Origin: an uncultured Candidatus Saccharibacteria bacterium
GTDB taxonomy: Bacteria > Patescibacteriota > Minisyncoccia > Phycocordibacterales > UBA9973
Assembly: GCA_964527185.1 (NCBI GenBank)
Contig: CAZGOI010000001.1
Coordinates: forward strand, 234,410 to 298,409
Direction: 5' to 3'
DNA length: 64,000 bases
Position 1 is the first letter of the stretch; each line of letters starts with the position of its first letter. A model generated the notes under the pieces. That model was not told the DNA's origin. It did not search any database and saw only the letters and a program-made list of their open reading frames with translations. Of the stretch, positions 49,241 to 58,626 are shown in pieces. The translations under genes and the position numbers were made by a program.

Positions 49241-50554
49241 ATGGCAAAAAATCAAGAATTTCCTAAATTCAAAGATATGATGAAAGACCCAGTCGTACGG
49301 ACTGTGGTTACGAGTTTTGCTACCATAGTAGTGACACTTGCTATTATTACTTTTCTAGCTTGGCATTACAGAGCCAAGATTTTCAACCTCCTCGCTACTA
49401 ATTACATGTCGCAAGTTAAATCTGGTGAAAGTAGCTTAAATTTCAGCTCTAGTACTCCGCAAGACAATTCTAGTCAGGCGCCAGATGAGGTTCAACAAGA
49501 TAGCGTTGTCAACGCCGTTAAAAAGGCCAAACCAGCTGTCGTATCTATCATCATCAGCAAAGAAGTGCCGACATACGATGTCTCATACGACCAACAACAA
49601 TCAGACCTCAACAATCCATTTGCAAATATGTTTCCAGGGTTCTTTCAAACCCCAACCTATAAACAAAACGGAACCAAGAAAGAAGAAATCGGCTCCGGCT
49701 CCGGCTTTCTCATTTCATCAGAGGGCTTGATCGTTACTAACAAGCACGTCGTCGAAGACACGAGCGCTACATATGATGTCCAGTTAAACGACGGTCGGAA
49801 ATTCAGCGCCAAGGTTCTAGCCCGCGATGGAGTGCTCGATATTGCACTCGTAAAAATTTCTGCGACCAACTTGCCGTATCTATCGCTCGGCGACTCGAGC
49901 AACCTCGATGTCGGCCAAAGTGTTATCGCTATCGGCAATGCGCTTGGTGAATTTAAAAATACAGTTTCTGTTGGTGTAGTTTCTGGTCTGTCGCGTTCGA
50001 TCACTGCCGGTGATAGCTATGGCCAATCTGAACAACTCGACAAAGTAATTCAAACCGATGCGGCTATCAACCCCGGCAACTCTGGCGGGCCGTTGCTTAA
50101 TCTGCACGGCGATGTTATCGGGGTCAATGTGGCTGTCGTCCAAGGTGCATCGAACGTCGGCTTTGCCTTGCCGATAAATTCTGTAAAAAGCGCTATCGAT
50201 TCTGTTCAAAAAACCGGAAAAATCATTCGACCGTATGTCGGCATTAGATATATCCCGATAACGGCTGACCTGAAAACAAAAAATAACCTCTCGGTTGACT
50301 ATGGAATCCTTGTCCAAAGAGGGCAGACAGACAGCGAGCTGGCTGTCATACCCGCTTCGCCAGCCGACAAAGCCGGAATCGTTGAAAACGATATTATTCT
50401 TGAAGTTGATGGAACGCAGATCAACCAAGACCAAAATTTTTCATATCTTATTCGCAATAAAAAAGTCGGCGACAGCGTGAATCTAAAAATTCTCTCAAAA
50501 GGAGTCGAGAAAACAGTAACCCTAAAACTCGAAGCCGCACCTGATAATTTATAA
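49241..50554 (+). CDS. HtrA/DegP-family serine protease with PDZ domain
   Basis: 437 aa. TM anchor, His (TNKHVV), Asp (DIALVKI), GNSGGPL, C-terminal PDZ. Confidence 0.85.
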   Translation: MAKNQEFPKFKDMMKDPVVRTVVTSFATIVVTLAIITFLAWHYRAKIFNLLATNYMSQVKSGESSLNFSSSTPQDNSSQAPDEVQQDSVVNAVKKAKPAVVSIIISKEVPTYDVSYDQQQSDLNNPFANMFPGFFQTPTYKQNGTKKEEIGSGSGFLISSEGLIVTNKHVVEDTSATYDVQLNDGRKFSAKVLARDGVLDIALVKISATNLPYLSLGDSSNLDVGQSVIAIGNALGEFKNTVSVGVVSGLSRSITAGDSYGQSEQLDKVIQTDAAINPGNSGGPLLNLHGDVIGVNVAVVQGASNVGFALPINSVKSAIDSVQKTGKIIRPYVGIRYIPITADLKTKNNLSVDYGILVQRGQTDSELAVIPASPADKAGIVENDIILEVDGTQINQDQNFSYLIRNKKVGDSVNLKILSKGVEKTVTLKLEAAPDNL

Positions 50555-50589
50555 TTTGTTATTTATATTAAACAGCATATAATAGCCTC

Positions 50590-51078
50590 ATGGAAGATAA
50601 ACAGCATAAAAGACCTTCTTGGGATGAGTATTTTTTACAGATGGCAGAAACGATTGGTACTCGTGGTACTTGTGATAGAGGTCGCGCTGGGGCTGTAATA
50701 ACCAAAGACAAGAGAATACTCTCAACTGGATATGTTGGCTCACCAGTTGGCCTCCCTCATTGTGATGAAGTTGGACATGAGATGCATACGGTAAAACATG
50801 AAGATGGTACAGAATCTCGCCATTGTATAAGAACAGCTCATGCCGAAACAAATGCTATCAATAACGCAGCCCGGGTTGGTACCGCTATAGAAGGTGGAAC
50901 TTTGTATTGTAAGATGTTCCCTTGCTATAAGTGCGGTCAGAGCATTATAAACTCTGGGCTTATACGTGTTGTAGCACTAAAAGACTATCATGGAGCACAA
51001 AGAACAAAAGAAATATTTGACCAGGCTAATATAGAGTATAAAGTACTAGGAGAAATGGAAACTTATAAAGATATGTAA
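50590..51078 (+). CDS. dCMP deaminase
   Basis: 162 aa. HAETNAI and PCYKCG zinc motifs. Confidence 0.8.
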   Translation: MEDKQHKRPSWDEYFLQMAETIGTRGTCDRGRAGAVITKDKRILSTGYVGSPVGLPHCDEVGHEMHTVKHEDGTESRHCIRTAHAETNAINNAARVGTAIEGGTLYCKMFPCYKCGQSIINSGLIRVVALKDYHGAQRTKEIFDQANIEYKVLGEMETYKDM

Positions 51079-51083
51079 TATTT

Positions 51084-51413
51084 ATGGTTGATCTAAAAAG
51101 ATTACAAAAAGAGGTGATGCGTAATAAAATAGAGAAAGGGTTTAATACTACTGATGTAGCCCTCGAATTTTGCCGTGCCCATGAAGAGCTTTCTGAAGCA
51201 TTTTCAAAGTTCAGTAAGAATCAAGAAGGTGTCGCTGAAGAATTTGCCGATGTCGCAGTATTTCTACTCGGTATGTGCGAAATCCTTGGTTATGATTTGG
51301 AAGAAGAATTAGTTAAAAAAATAGAAATAAATAAGAAAAGAAAATACAGAAAAGAAAAATCTCCTGATGGAAAAGATATATATATCAGAGTGAAGACAAA
51401 TGAAGATCCATAG
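51084..51413 (+). CDS. MazG-like nucleotide pyrophosphohydrolase (small, YpjD-type)
   Basis: 109 aa. EELSEAF...EEFADVAVFLL all-alpha NTP-PPase signature. Confidence 0.6.
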   Translation: MVDLKRLQKEVMRNKIEKGFNTTDVALEFCRAHEELSEAFSKFSKNQEGVAEEFADVAVFLLGMCEILGYDLEEELVKKIEINKKRKYRKEKSPDGKDIYIRVKTNEDP

Positions 51414-51428
51414 AAAACCCTGTAAGTA

Positions 51429-51941
51429 TTAAGCGGATTTTTTGTATTCTACAAATGAATAGGGAATAGGAGCGTCGAGATGATCATCACGTGAAATTTC
51501 CTGCCAAAGATTTTTATCGATCTCTGGGAATTTTACATCCCCATCAAAATCTTTGTGGACTTCTGTTATATAAAGTTTATTTGCCCTGCCCATTGATTGT
51601 TTATAAATTTCTCCACCACCTATTATAAATACTTCAACTTTATCTTGATTTTCTTCAAATTCTTTACCTTGTTCGAGCGCTGCAAGCCTCAATGCTTCAT
51701 CTAGCGAGTTTACGATTTCTATCCCGTCTTTTTGATATCCCAAATCTCGAGTGATAATAATATTTTTTCTGTTAGGGAGTGGGCGCCCAATACTCTCAAA
51801 AGTTTTTCGACCCATTATGACAGTGTGGCCAGAAGTTTTATCGCGAAAATTTTTCATATCTTCAAGAATATTCCAAAGGAGTTTATTGCTTCCGCCAATA
51901 ACATTATTTTTTGCAACCGCAGCGATGAGGGAGATGATCAT
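51429..51941 (-). CDS. folA: Dihydrofolate reductase
   Basis: Start moved to MIISLIAAV. GRKTFESIG and IIGGGEIY motifs. ATG lies 1 nt after the thyA stop. Confidence 0.8.
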   Translation of the reverse strand: MIISLIAAVAKNNVIGGSNKLLWNILEDMKNFRDKTSGHTVIMGRKTFESIGRPLPNRKNIIITRDLGYQKDGIEIVNSLDEALRLAALEQGKEFEENQDKVEVFIIGGGEIYKQSMGRANKLYITEVHKDFDGDVKFPEIDKNLWQEISRDDHLDAPIPYSFVEYKKSA

Positions 51942-51942
51942 T

Positions 51943-52908
51943 TTAGACTGCAATCGGGGCTTTGATCGCCTCGTGTGGGTTATAGTCGACCAATTCAAAA
52001 TCTTCAAACTTAAATTTAAATATATCTTTTACTTCTGAGTTTATTTTCATTTTTGGTGGTTCTCTAATATCATTTTCTCGTGACATTTGAAGTTTTGCTT
52101 GTTCTAAGTGGTTAAGATAGAGGTGTATATCTGCTCCTGTCCAGACAAATTCTCCAACTTCTAGCCCAGATACTTGAGCTATCATCATGGTTAAGAGAGC
52201 ATACGAAGCAATATTGAATGGAACACCAAGAAAGAAATCAGCACTTCTTTGATACAATTGACAGGAAAGTTTTCCATTAAGTACATGAAACTGAAATAAT
52301 GAATGACAAGGAGGTGGTGCATGATTATGATCATGTATTAGATCATATATTTCTCCAACATTCCATCCACTAACTATTATTCTTCGAGAAGATCGATCAT
52401 TTTTAAGCATATCAATAACGTTTTGGATTTGATCTATTTCTTGACCACTAGGTGTTTCCCATCTCCTCCATTGCTTTCCATAAATGGGGCCAAGTTCTCC
52501 CCATTCTTTTGCAAATTCATCATTTTCTTTTATTTGATTTACAAACCACTCTAGCTTCTCTGTCCACTCTTTTGAATATCTAGATAGTGTTTTAGTTAAA
52601 TTATTTTTTTCAAGATATACTTGAAATGCCCATTCGTTCCAAATCTTCACATCGTTACGAACTAAATATTTTATATTAGTATCTCCAGTTAAAAACCAAA
52701 GAAGTTCGTGAATGATACCTCGGATGAACACTTTTTTTGTAGTGAGAAGGGGAAATCCTTTTGCAAGGTCAAATCTCATTTGATGCCCAAAGACACTTCT
52801 AGTGCCTATGCCAGTACGTTCCTCTCTATCTACTCCATGTTCGTAAATATATTTCATTAAGGATAGATATTCTTTATCTGGGTTGTCATTATACTCATAA
52901 GTTTTCAT
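51943..52908 (-). CDS. thyA: Thymidylate synthase (long ThyA form)
   Basis: 321 aa. Nucleophile [12 protein letters not shown] and folate-binding [14 protein letters not shown]. Confidence 0.85.
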   Translation of the reverse strand: MKTYEYNDNPDKEYLSLMKYIYEHGVDREERTGIGTRSVFGHQMRFDLAKGFPLLTTKKVFIRGIIHELLWFLTGDTNIKYLVRNDVKIWNEWAFQVYLEKNNLTKTLSRYSKEWTEKLEWFVNQIKENDEFAKEWGELGPIYGKQWRRWETPSGQEIDQIQNVIDMLKNDRSSRRIIVSGWNVGEIYDLIHDHNHAPPPCHSLFQFHVLNGKLSCQLYQRSADFFLGVPFNIASYALLTMMIAQVSGLEVGEFVWTGADIHLYLNHLEQAKLQMSRENDIREPPKMKINSEVKDIFKFKFEDFELVDYNPHEAIKAPIAV

Positions 52909-53024
52909 GAGACAATTATACCTTTTTTCTTTTTCATATCAACGCACGTACTATTAATAAAAAATAGCTCTATTTGACATATATATTTATATATTGTATA
53001 TTAGAGGAAATAAAAATATAAGCC

Positions 53025-53732
53025 ATGTATATAGAAAGTGCATACACCATAAGTGCTGCACAGGATGCAGGGCTTATGAAAAAATTTACAGAAACTATGA
53101 ATTTTTTGGTAAAACAAGGAATTATCGAGAATTTCAAAATTGACAGTGACAGTTTGGGCCAAGATCGCCAAGTGTGGTTTGATTTTCCATATGACGACAA
53201 AACACTACAAATGTCTTTCTTTGTAGCTAATAACTTGGAAGAAATTTCGAAAAAAGACGCGATTAATGGTAGTATGCTAATTCTTACCACCGATTTGTCT
53301 TGCGATGACATAAAGTCATTCGTTGATAATTCAAAGCAAAAAAGAATTAAAGGCTATGAGGTTGAAAAAAGAGCCCTTCAAATAATCATCGAAGAAAAAA
53401 GAAACGACTTCAGTATTGAAAGCGTTTCCCATGCAAGTGAGTATGAAGACAAGGTGCTGAAGATCGATCTTGTAGTCAAAGTAAACTACTATACTTTTGA
53501 CCGGTTGAATCAAAAGATGACCCTCAATGTTCCGATTCAATTAAAGTCATCTGCAAAAGGGCAAATGATTCACAAAAAGCAACACCCAGATATTCCGAGC
53601 ATAGTTTTTTATGAAAAAATGACAGTCGAGAATTTTATAAGGCTTGTGAAAAAAATAATTCAAAATTATAAAATCTTTTTTCACAAGAAAAATATCGACC
53701 CGTCTGCCAAACCGGAAGGTTTGCATATATAG
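53025..53732 (+). CDS. Hypothetical protein (divergent from thyA)
   Basis: 235 aa. No recognisable motif and no TM segments. Confidence 0.35.
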   Translation: MYIESAYTISAAQDAGLMKKFTETMNFLVKQGIIENFKIDSDSLGQDRQVWFDFPYDDKTLQMSFFVANNLEEISKKDAINGSMLILTTDLSCDDIKSFVDNSKQKRIKGYEVEKRALQIIIEEKRNDFSIESVSHASEYEDKVLKIDLVVKVNYYTFDRLNQKMTLNVPIQLKSSAKGQMIHKKQHPDIPSIVFYEKMTVENFIRLVKKIIQNYKIFFHKKNIDPSAKPEGLHI

Positions 53733-53804
53733 ATAAGACCATTCGCTTGCGGGTGGTCTTTTTGATATAATCTCTGTGTTAAAACTAGCTAATAGAATAA
53801 AAAG

Positions 53805-54983
53805 ATGAACGACAAACAAGTAGAGAAATTAATAAAAGCTGAAGAAAAAAGGCAAAAAAGCGTAGTCAATCTCATCGCCTCTGAAAATTATGTTTCAGAC
53901 GATATCCTCAAAGCCCTTGGCTCGAAACTGACAAATAAATACGCCGAGGGCTACCCCGGCAGACGATACTATGGCGGCAATGAAGTCATCGACAAGGTCG
54001 AAAACCTTTGCATCGCCCGGGCGCTCAAACTTTTTAAATTAAATAAAAATGATTGGCATGTGAATGTCCAGCTCCTATCTGGTTCGCCAGCCAATTTTGC
54101 CTTATATTCTGCGCTCGTGCCAGTCGGCGGCAAAATCATGGGTATGAAGCTGACCTCTGGCGGGCACCTAACTCACGGCCACCCGCTTTCGATGACCGGT
54201 AAACTTTGGAAGCCGATTCAATTTGAAGTCGACCCAAAAACAGAAGTCATCGATTACAAAGCGCTCGAAGCTGTAGCCATGGTCGAGCGACCAGATATCA
54301 TCGTCGCCGGGTTCACCGCCTATCCGCGAGTTGTCGATTTTAAAAAGTTTCGCTCGATTGCCGATAAATGCGGCGCCCTGCTTCATGTAGATATGTCGCA
54401 CTTTGCTGGACTCGTGGCAGGTTTGGCCTACCCATCGCCATTTCCATATGCCGATTCGGTCATGACAACGACGCACAAATCTCTCCGCGGCCCGAGGCAG
54501 GCAATGCTCTTTGTAAAAAAAGATGAAAGAGGTTTTGATAAAAAATTAGACAAAATGGTCATCCCTGGGCTCTTCGGTGGCCCGCACGAAAACAATATCG
54601 CGGCTGTGGCTATTGCCCTAAAAGAGGCCGAGACGCCGGCTTTCAAAAAATATGCAAGCCAAGTGGTCAAAAATGCACAAGCCCTGGCTGGTGAGTTAGC
54701 CAAGCTCGGCTGGCACGTTGTCTCGGGTGGTACAGATTCGCATTTGATACTCCTAGACACGTTTATGGGGGGCAAAGGGGTCTCTGGCGCTGAAGCTAGC
54801 AAAGCCCTCGAGAAGGCCAAAATAATAGTAAATATGAACACAATTCCGGGCGATACTCGTTCGGTTATGGACCCGTCTGGCATTCGCCTTGGAACATGCG
54901 CCGAGACAACGCTCGGTAAAAAAGAAAAAGATATGATCAAAATCGCCAGAAAGATTGATAAAGTTTTAAGAAAGAAAAAATAA
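53805..54983 (+). CDS. glyA: Serine hydroxymethyltransferase
   Basis: 392 aa. PLP-Lys motif TTHKSLRGPRQA. Confidence 0.9.
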   Translation: MNDKQVEKLIKAEEKRQKSVVNLIASENYVSDDILKALGSKLTNKYAEGYPGRRYYGGNEVIDKVENLCIARALKLFKLNKNDWHVNVQLLSGSPANFALYSALVPVGGKIMGMKLTSGGHLTHGHPLSMTGKLWKPIQFEVDPKTEVIDYKALEAVAMVERPDIIVAGFTAYPRVVDFKKFRSIADKCGALLHVDMSHFAGLVAGLAYPSPFPYADSVMTTTHKSLRGPRQAMLFVKKDERGFDKKLDKMVIPGLFGGPHENNIAAVAIALKEAETPAFKKYASQVVKNAQALAGELAKLGWHVVSGGTDSHLILLDTFMGGKGVSGAEASKALEKAKIIVNMNTIPGDTRSVMDPSGIRLGTCAETTLGKKEKDMIKIARKIDKVLRKKK

Positions 54984-54984
54984 A

Positions 54985-55446
54985 ATGCCACACATTCACG
55001 AAAAAATTGATTTTACAGTAGAAGTTTTTGTTGTTTACAAAAATAAACTTCTGCTTCGTATGCACGATAAACATCATATTTGGTGCTCGGTTGGTGGCCA
55101 TATTGAACTCGACGAAGACCCGGTTCAAGCTGCTATACGTGAAGTAAAAGAAGAAGTTGGGCTCGATATAAAATTAGCTGGAGATGTTTTCGCTACTAAT
55201 GATGAACACTACATGAATATACTTCCCCCGAGGTATTTGGGCAAGAATTTTGTAAACGAGAAGCATACCCATATAGCGATGGTCTATTTTGCTACTTCTG
55301 ATACAGACAAATTGAAAGATGCGCATAGTGAACACGAAAAGGCAGAAACAAAATGGGTAACAATAGAAGAATTAAATAAAATGGATTTAGTTCCAAATAT
55401 AAAATTTTACGCCGAGGAAGCCTTAAAGGAACTCGGCCAAAAATAA
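54985..55446 (+). CDS. Nudix hydrolase
   Basis: 153 aa. GGHIELDEDPVQAAIREVKEEVGL. Confidence 0.7.
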   Translation: MPHIHEKIDFTVEVFVVYKNKLLLRMHDKHHIWCSVGGHIELDEDPVQAAIREVKEEVGLDIKLAGDVFATNDEHYMNILPPRYLGKNFVNEKHTHIAMVYFATSDTDKLKDAHSEHEKAETKWVTIEELNKMDLVPNIKFYAEEALKELGQK

Positions 55447-55447
55447 A

Positions 55448-55828
55448 ATGGAAAGCTCAAATATAGATAAAAATCGTGAAGACATGAATGTAAAATATAT
55501 TGAAACCGAAAATCAGTTTTGGTTATGGATTCAAGATATTAGAAATGAATTTTCAGCCTTCTATCTTGTAATAGATGTATATGATCTTAAAAAACTTTTA
55601 GAATTTCGCGATAAAATGCAATTTCTCACTCATAAAGAGATTTTACAAAAAGATGGAAAAACTTTATCTCAAGAAATATTAGAAAATAAAAATACAAAAA
55701 GACTAATAAACACATTTGATGATTTAGTTTCTCGGATTAAAGTTTTCAAAACCAAGAAAGAACTTAAACAGATTTTAGAGGAAAATAATGAATTTTTTGC
55801 TGAATTTAAACTAGGCTTAAAACAATAA
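55448..55828 (+). CDS. Hypothetical protein between two Nudix genes
   Basis: 126-aa ORF with tight gene coupling on both sides. Confidence 0.3.
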   Translation: MESSNIDKNREDMNVKYIETENQFWLWIQDIRNEFSAFYLVIDVYDLKKLLEFRDKMQFLTHKEILQKDGKTLSQEILENKNTKRLINTFDDLVSRIKVFKTKKELKQILEENNEFFAEFKLGLKQ

Positions 55829-55829
55829 T

Positions 55830-56249
55830 ATGGAAAACCAAATAAAAATAGGCGTCGGTGTAATGATATGGAAGGACGGCAAAGTCCTAATGGGCAGGCG
55901 CAAGGGTTCGCACGGGGCAGGCGAATATGCATTTCCCGGCGGCCATCTTGAATATATGGAATCTTTTGAAGATTGTGCTAGACGTGAGGTACGAGAGGAA
56001 GCGGGAATAGAAATAAAAAATATCAGATTCAATTGTTTTACGAATGTAACTTCACATAAACCCAAGCACTATGTGCACATTGGTTTAGTTGCAGATTGGG
56101 CAGCTGGTGAACCAGAAGTTCGTGAACCCGATAAACTTGAAAATTGGGATTGGTATTTGCTCGAAAATTTACCAACTCCTATTTTCGATTTTTGCCTTTT
56201 TGGATTTGATGCATACAAAACTGGTAAAAACTTTTATGATAAAAAATAA
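55830..56249 (+). CDS. Nudix hydrolase (MutT-like)
   Basis: 139 aa. GGHLEYMESFEDCARREVREEAGI. Confidence 0.7.
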   Translation: MENQIKIGVGVMIWKDGKVLMGRRKGSHGAGEYAFPGGHLEYMESFEDCARREVREEAGIEIKNIRFNCFTNVTSHKPKHYVHIGLVADWAAGEPEVREPDKLENWDWYLLENLPTPIFDFCLFGFDAYKTGKNFYDKK

Positions 56250-56273
56250 AAACCATGTGCGTTATTAAAAATA

Positions 56274-56804
56274 TCACAACATGGTTTTTTCATAAGTTAA
56301 ATAGGCAATCGAAGAGAACATTATCATTTCGAGAAATACTCCTTCAATCAGATTTTGGTTATCGTTGTATCTTTCGATGATTTTCTTCAACCTCTCAACC
56401 TTATTTGTGAGTTGTCGAGAAATGTCTACGATTTTTAGTTTGAAAATCTCTTCTACATAGTGGTCGTTTTGTGTGACAAGATAGCAATTGAAACCAAAAA
56501 CGACTTCCCAATACATTTTTTGAAAATCCACAGATTGTTTGTTTGAATTCTTTATTATTCCAATCACAGAGTGATTTATTATCTCCAAGAATTCATAACC
56601 AAAATCCTCGATCGCACTCGTACTTTTTAATCCAGCATCTAGTATTCCATCTATCTTAAGAATTTTTTTATGTATCTGGTCTGATACATAGATTAAAGCA
56701 CTCGTTTTTAAGATCAATTCATATTTAGCGATTTTTCTGTCGAAGTATTTTTTTGAAATTTTAAGGGTACGACAGACACCCTCTTTTGAAAGTTTGTCTA
56801 TCAT
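56274..56804 (-). CDS. Putative TetR-like regulator
   Basis: 176 aa. N-terminal HTH-like LSKEGVCRTLKISKKYFDRK. Confidence 0.3.
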   Translation of the reverse strand: MIDKLSKEGVCRTLKISKKYFDRKIAKYELILKTSALIYVSDQIHKKILKIDGILDAGLKSTSAIEDFGYEFLEIINHSVIGIIKNSNKQSVDFQKMYWEVVFGFNCYLVTQNDHYVEEIFKLKIVDISRQLTNKVERLKKIIERYNDNQNLIEGVFLEMIMFSSIAYLTYEKTML

Positions 56805-56900
56805 AGCTTTATATTTTGTCGATATATTAGCATATTGGGTTATAAAGTAAACCGGGTTTTGGATATTGTGACCTCCTCATATATAATAGCCTTGTTATAT

Positions 56901-57596
56901 ATGAAAAATAAAAAAGGTAAACTCATAGTCATAGACGGTACTGATGGCTCTGGCAAGGCGACCCAGGTTGCACTCCTCACAAAGCGACTTCGCCGCGAAG
57001 GCTACAAGGTTAAAAACGTCGATTTCCCCGAGTACTACAAAAACTTTTTTGGTAAGTTTATCGGCCACTGCCTGTCAGAGCGGTATTACGACTTTGTCAA
57101 AGTCCACCCAAAGATTGCTTCTGTGCTATACGCTGCTGACCGATTTGAATCAAAGGGTGATATCGAGGAATGGCTGGGAGCGGGCTACATGGTCATCGCC
57201 AATCGTTACGTCAGCGCCAACCAAATTCACCAAGGCGGAAAAATAAAAAATACAAAAAAGCGAGAAGATTTCATCAAATGGCTCGATGAGATGGAATACA
57301 AAGTTTTTAAAATCCCAAAGCCAGACGTCGTGCTCTACCTCAGCCTGCCATTGCCGATGGTTTTAAAGCTAATCAAAGAGCGCAATAGCAATATGAAGCG
57401 CGCCTATTTGAAAAAACACAAAGACGTTCACGAGAGCGACAAAGATTTCCTCCTCAACTCCCGCAAGAGTGCCCTCTGGCTTTCCAAGACCCAGAAGTAT
57501 TATAAGAAGATAGATTGCGCCAAGGCCGGCAAAATCCGCAGCAGAGAAGATATCCACCACGAAATTTATAAGAAAGTTAAAAAGTTAATAGGTTGA
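56901..57596 (+). CDS. tmk: Thymidylate kinase
   Basis: Start moved to MKNKKGK. P-loop IVIDGTDGSGKAT, DRF/DRY motif (ADRFES). Confidence 0.8.
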   Translation: MKNKKGKLIVIDGTDGSGKATQVALLTKRLRREGYKVKNVDFPEYYKNFFGKFIGHCLSERYYDFVKVHPKIASVLYAADRFESKGDIEEWLGAGYMVIANRYVSANQIHQGGKIKNTKKREDFIKWLDEMEYKVFKIPKPDVVLYLSLPLPMVLKLIKERNSNMKRAYLKKHKDVHESDKDFLLNSRKSALWLSKTQKYYKKIDCAKAGKIRSREDIHHEIYKKVKKLIG

Positions 57597-57610
57597 TACC
57601 GCCCTACTAA

Positions 57611-57637
57611 AAAAGCCACCCCACAGGTGGCTTTAAA
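57611..57637. terminator. Bidirectional hairpin terminator
   Basis: aaaagccacccc-a-caggtggcttt. Confidence 0.6.
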
Positions 57638-57647
57638 ATTAATTGAG

Positions 57648-58163
57648 CTAATTGTTTTGAAGTATAAGAAATGCGTAGTTTATGACCTCGTACAGTCTGT
57701 CGGGTACATATCTGATACCGCCTGAATTCCTCAAAGAATTTTTTGCCTCGAGAATAGTTCCATTTATCATCTCGATTAAAACATAAGATGGAATTTTGGC
57801 AGATGGCTGGTCATCAGAATTTGGTCTCCTCATAGGATACCTTTTCGCTAATTCCAGATAAAAATCATAAAGTGCTATGGCCTTTTCGTTGTTTAAACTC
57901 AAAAGGTCTTTTTGTGTTATCGAAAGCCTTATGACTGTAACGAGAGAATTATTTATCACATCCATCAATAATTTTTGTACTTCTTCAATTTCTCCAATCT
58001 TGTTTTCAAGTCCACCATTCATTTTTTTTAACACAGTCACATTTTCATGGATTTTATCAATCAACGCAGCAATTCTCATTTCTTTTTTCCAACTGCTCAA
58101 TGAAGTTGGACCATTTTTTACAAAATAGGCCCTTACTTTCTCTGAAATTTGATTTTCGTTCAT
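57648..58163 (-). CDS. Hypothetical protein
   Basis: 171-aa ORF with no recognisable motif. Confidence 0.3.
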   Translation of the reverse strand: MNENQISEKVRAYFVKNGPTSLSSWKKEMRIAALIDKIHENVTVLKKMNGGLENKIGEIEEVQKLLMDVINNSLVTVIRLSITQKDLLSLNNEKAIALYDFYLELAKRYPMRRPNSDDQPSAKIPSYVLIEMINGTILEAKNSLRNSGGIRYVPDRLYEVINYAFLILQNN

Positions 58164-58203
58164 TTCTTTAATTTTCTTTTTGTTTTAGGCTATAATACAA
58201 ATT

Positions 58204-58626
58204 ATGAAAATCAAAGTCAAACGCCTGAAAGATTCTGCCAAACTGCCGACCTACCAACACCCCGGCGATGTCGGCATGGATCTCTACGCAATCGAAGGCG
58301 CGACCATCCCTCCACTCGGCCATGCGCGCATATGGCACGGCTTTGCGCTCGAGTTTCCCGAGGGCTATGCCGCAATTGTCAAAGATAAATCGAGCATCTC
58401 AAAAGCGCTTCTGCACACCATGGGCGGGGTTTTCGATGCGGGGTATCGTGGCGAATACAACACGCATTTGGTAAATTTAGGAAACGAGCCATACACCGTC
58501 GAAGAGGGCGACAAAGTTTCGCAGCTCGTTATCTACCCAATTGCTATTGCAGAGCTCGAAGAAGTCGAGGCGCTCGGCGATTCAGCTCGAGGGCAAGATA
58601 GCTTTGGAAGCACAGGAAGAAAATGA
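58204..58626 (+). CDS. dut: dUTP diphosphatase (trimeric dUTPase)
   Basis: 140 aa. Motifs VGMDLYA, GVFDAGYRGE, RGQDSFGSTG. Leaderless-looking start after TATAAT. Confidence 0.85.
   Translation: MKIKVKRLKDSAKLPTYQHPGDVGMDLYAIEGATIPPLGHARIWHGFALEFPEGYAAIVKDKSSISKALLHTMGGVFDAGYRGEYNTHLVNLGNEPYTVEEGDKVSQLVIYPIAIAELEEVEALGDSARGQDSFGSTGRK

Noticed and set aside
49880-50434. 184-aa minus-strand ORF
   Set aside because: Antisense within htrA.
52970-53311. 113-aa minus-strand ORF
   Set aside because: Overlaps the promoter region and 5' end of the plus-strand 53025 ORF. AT-rich low-complexity translation.
54428-54991. 187-aa minus-strand ORF
   Set aside because: Antisense within glyA.
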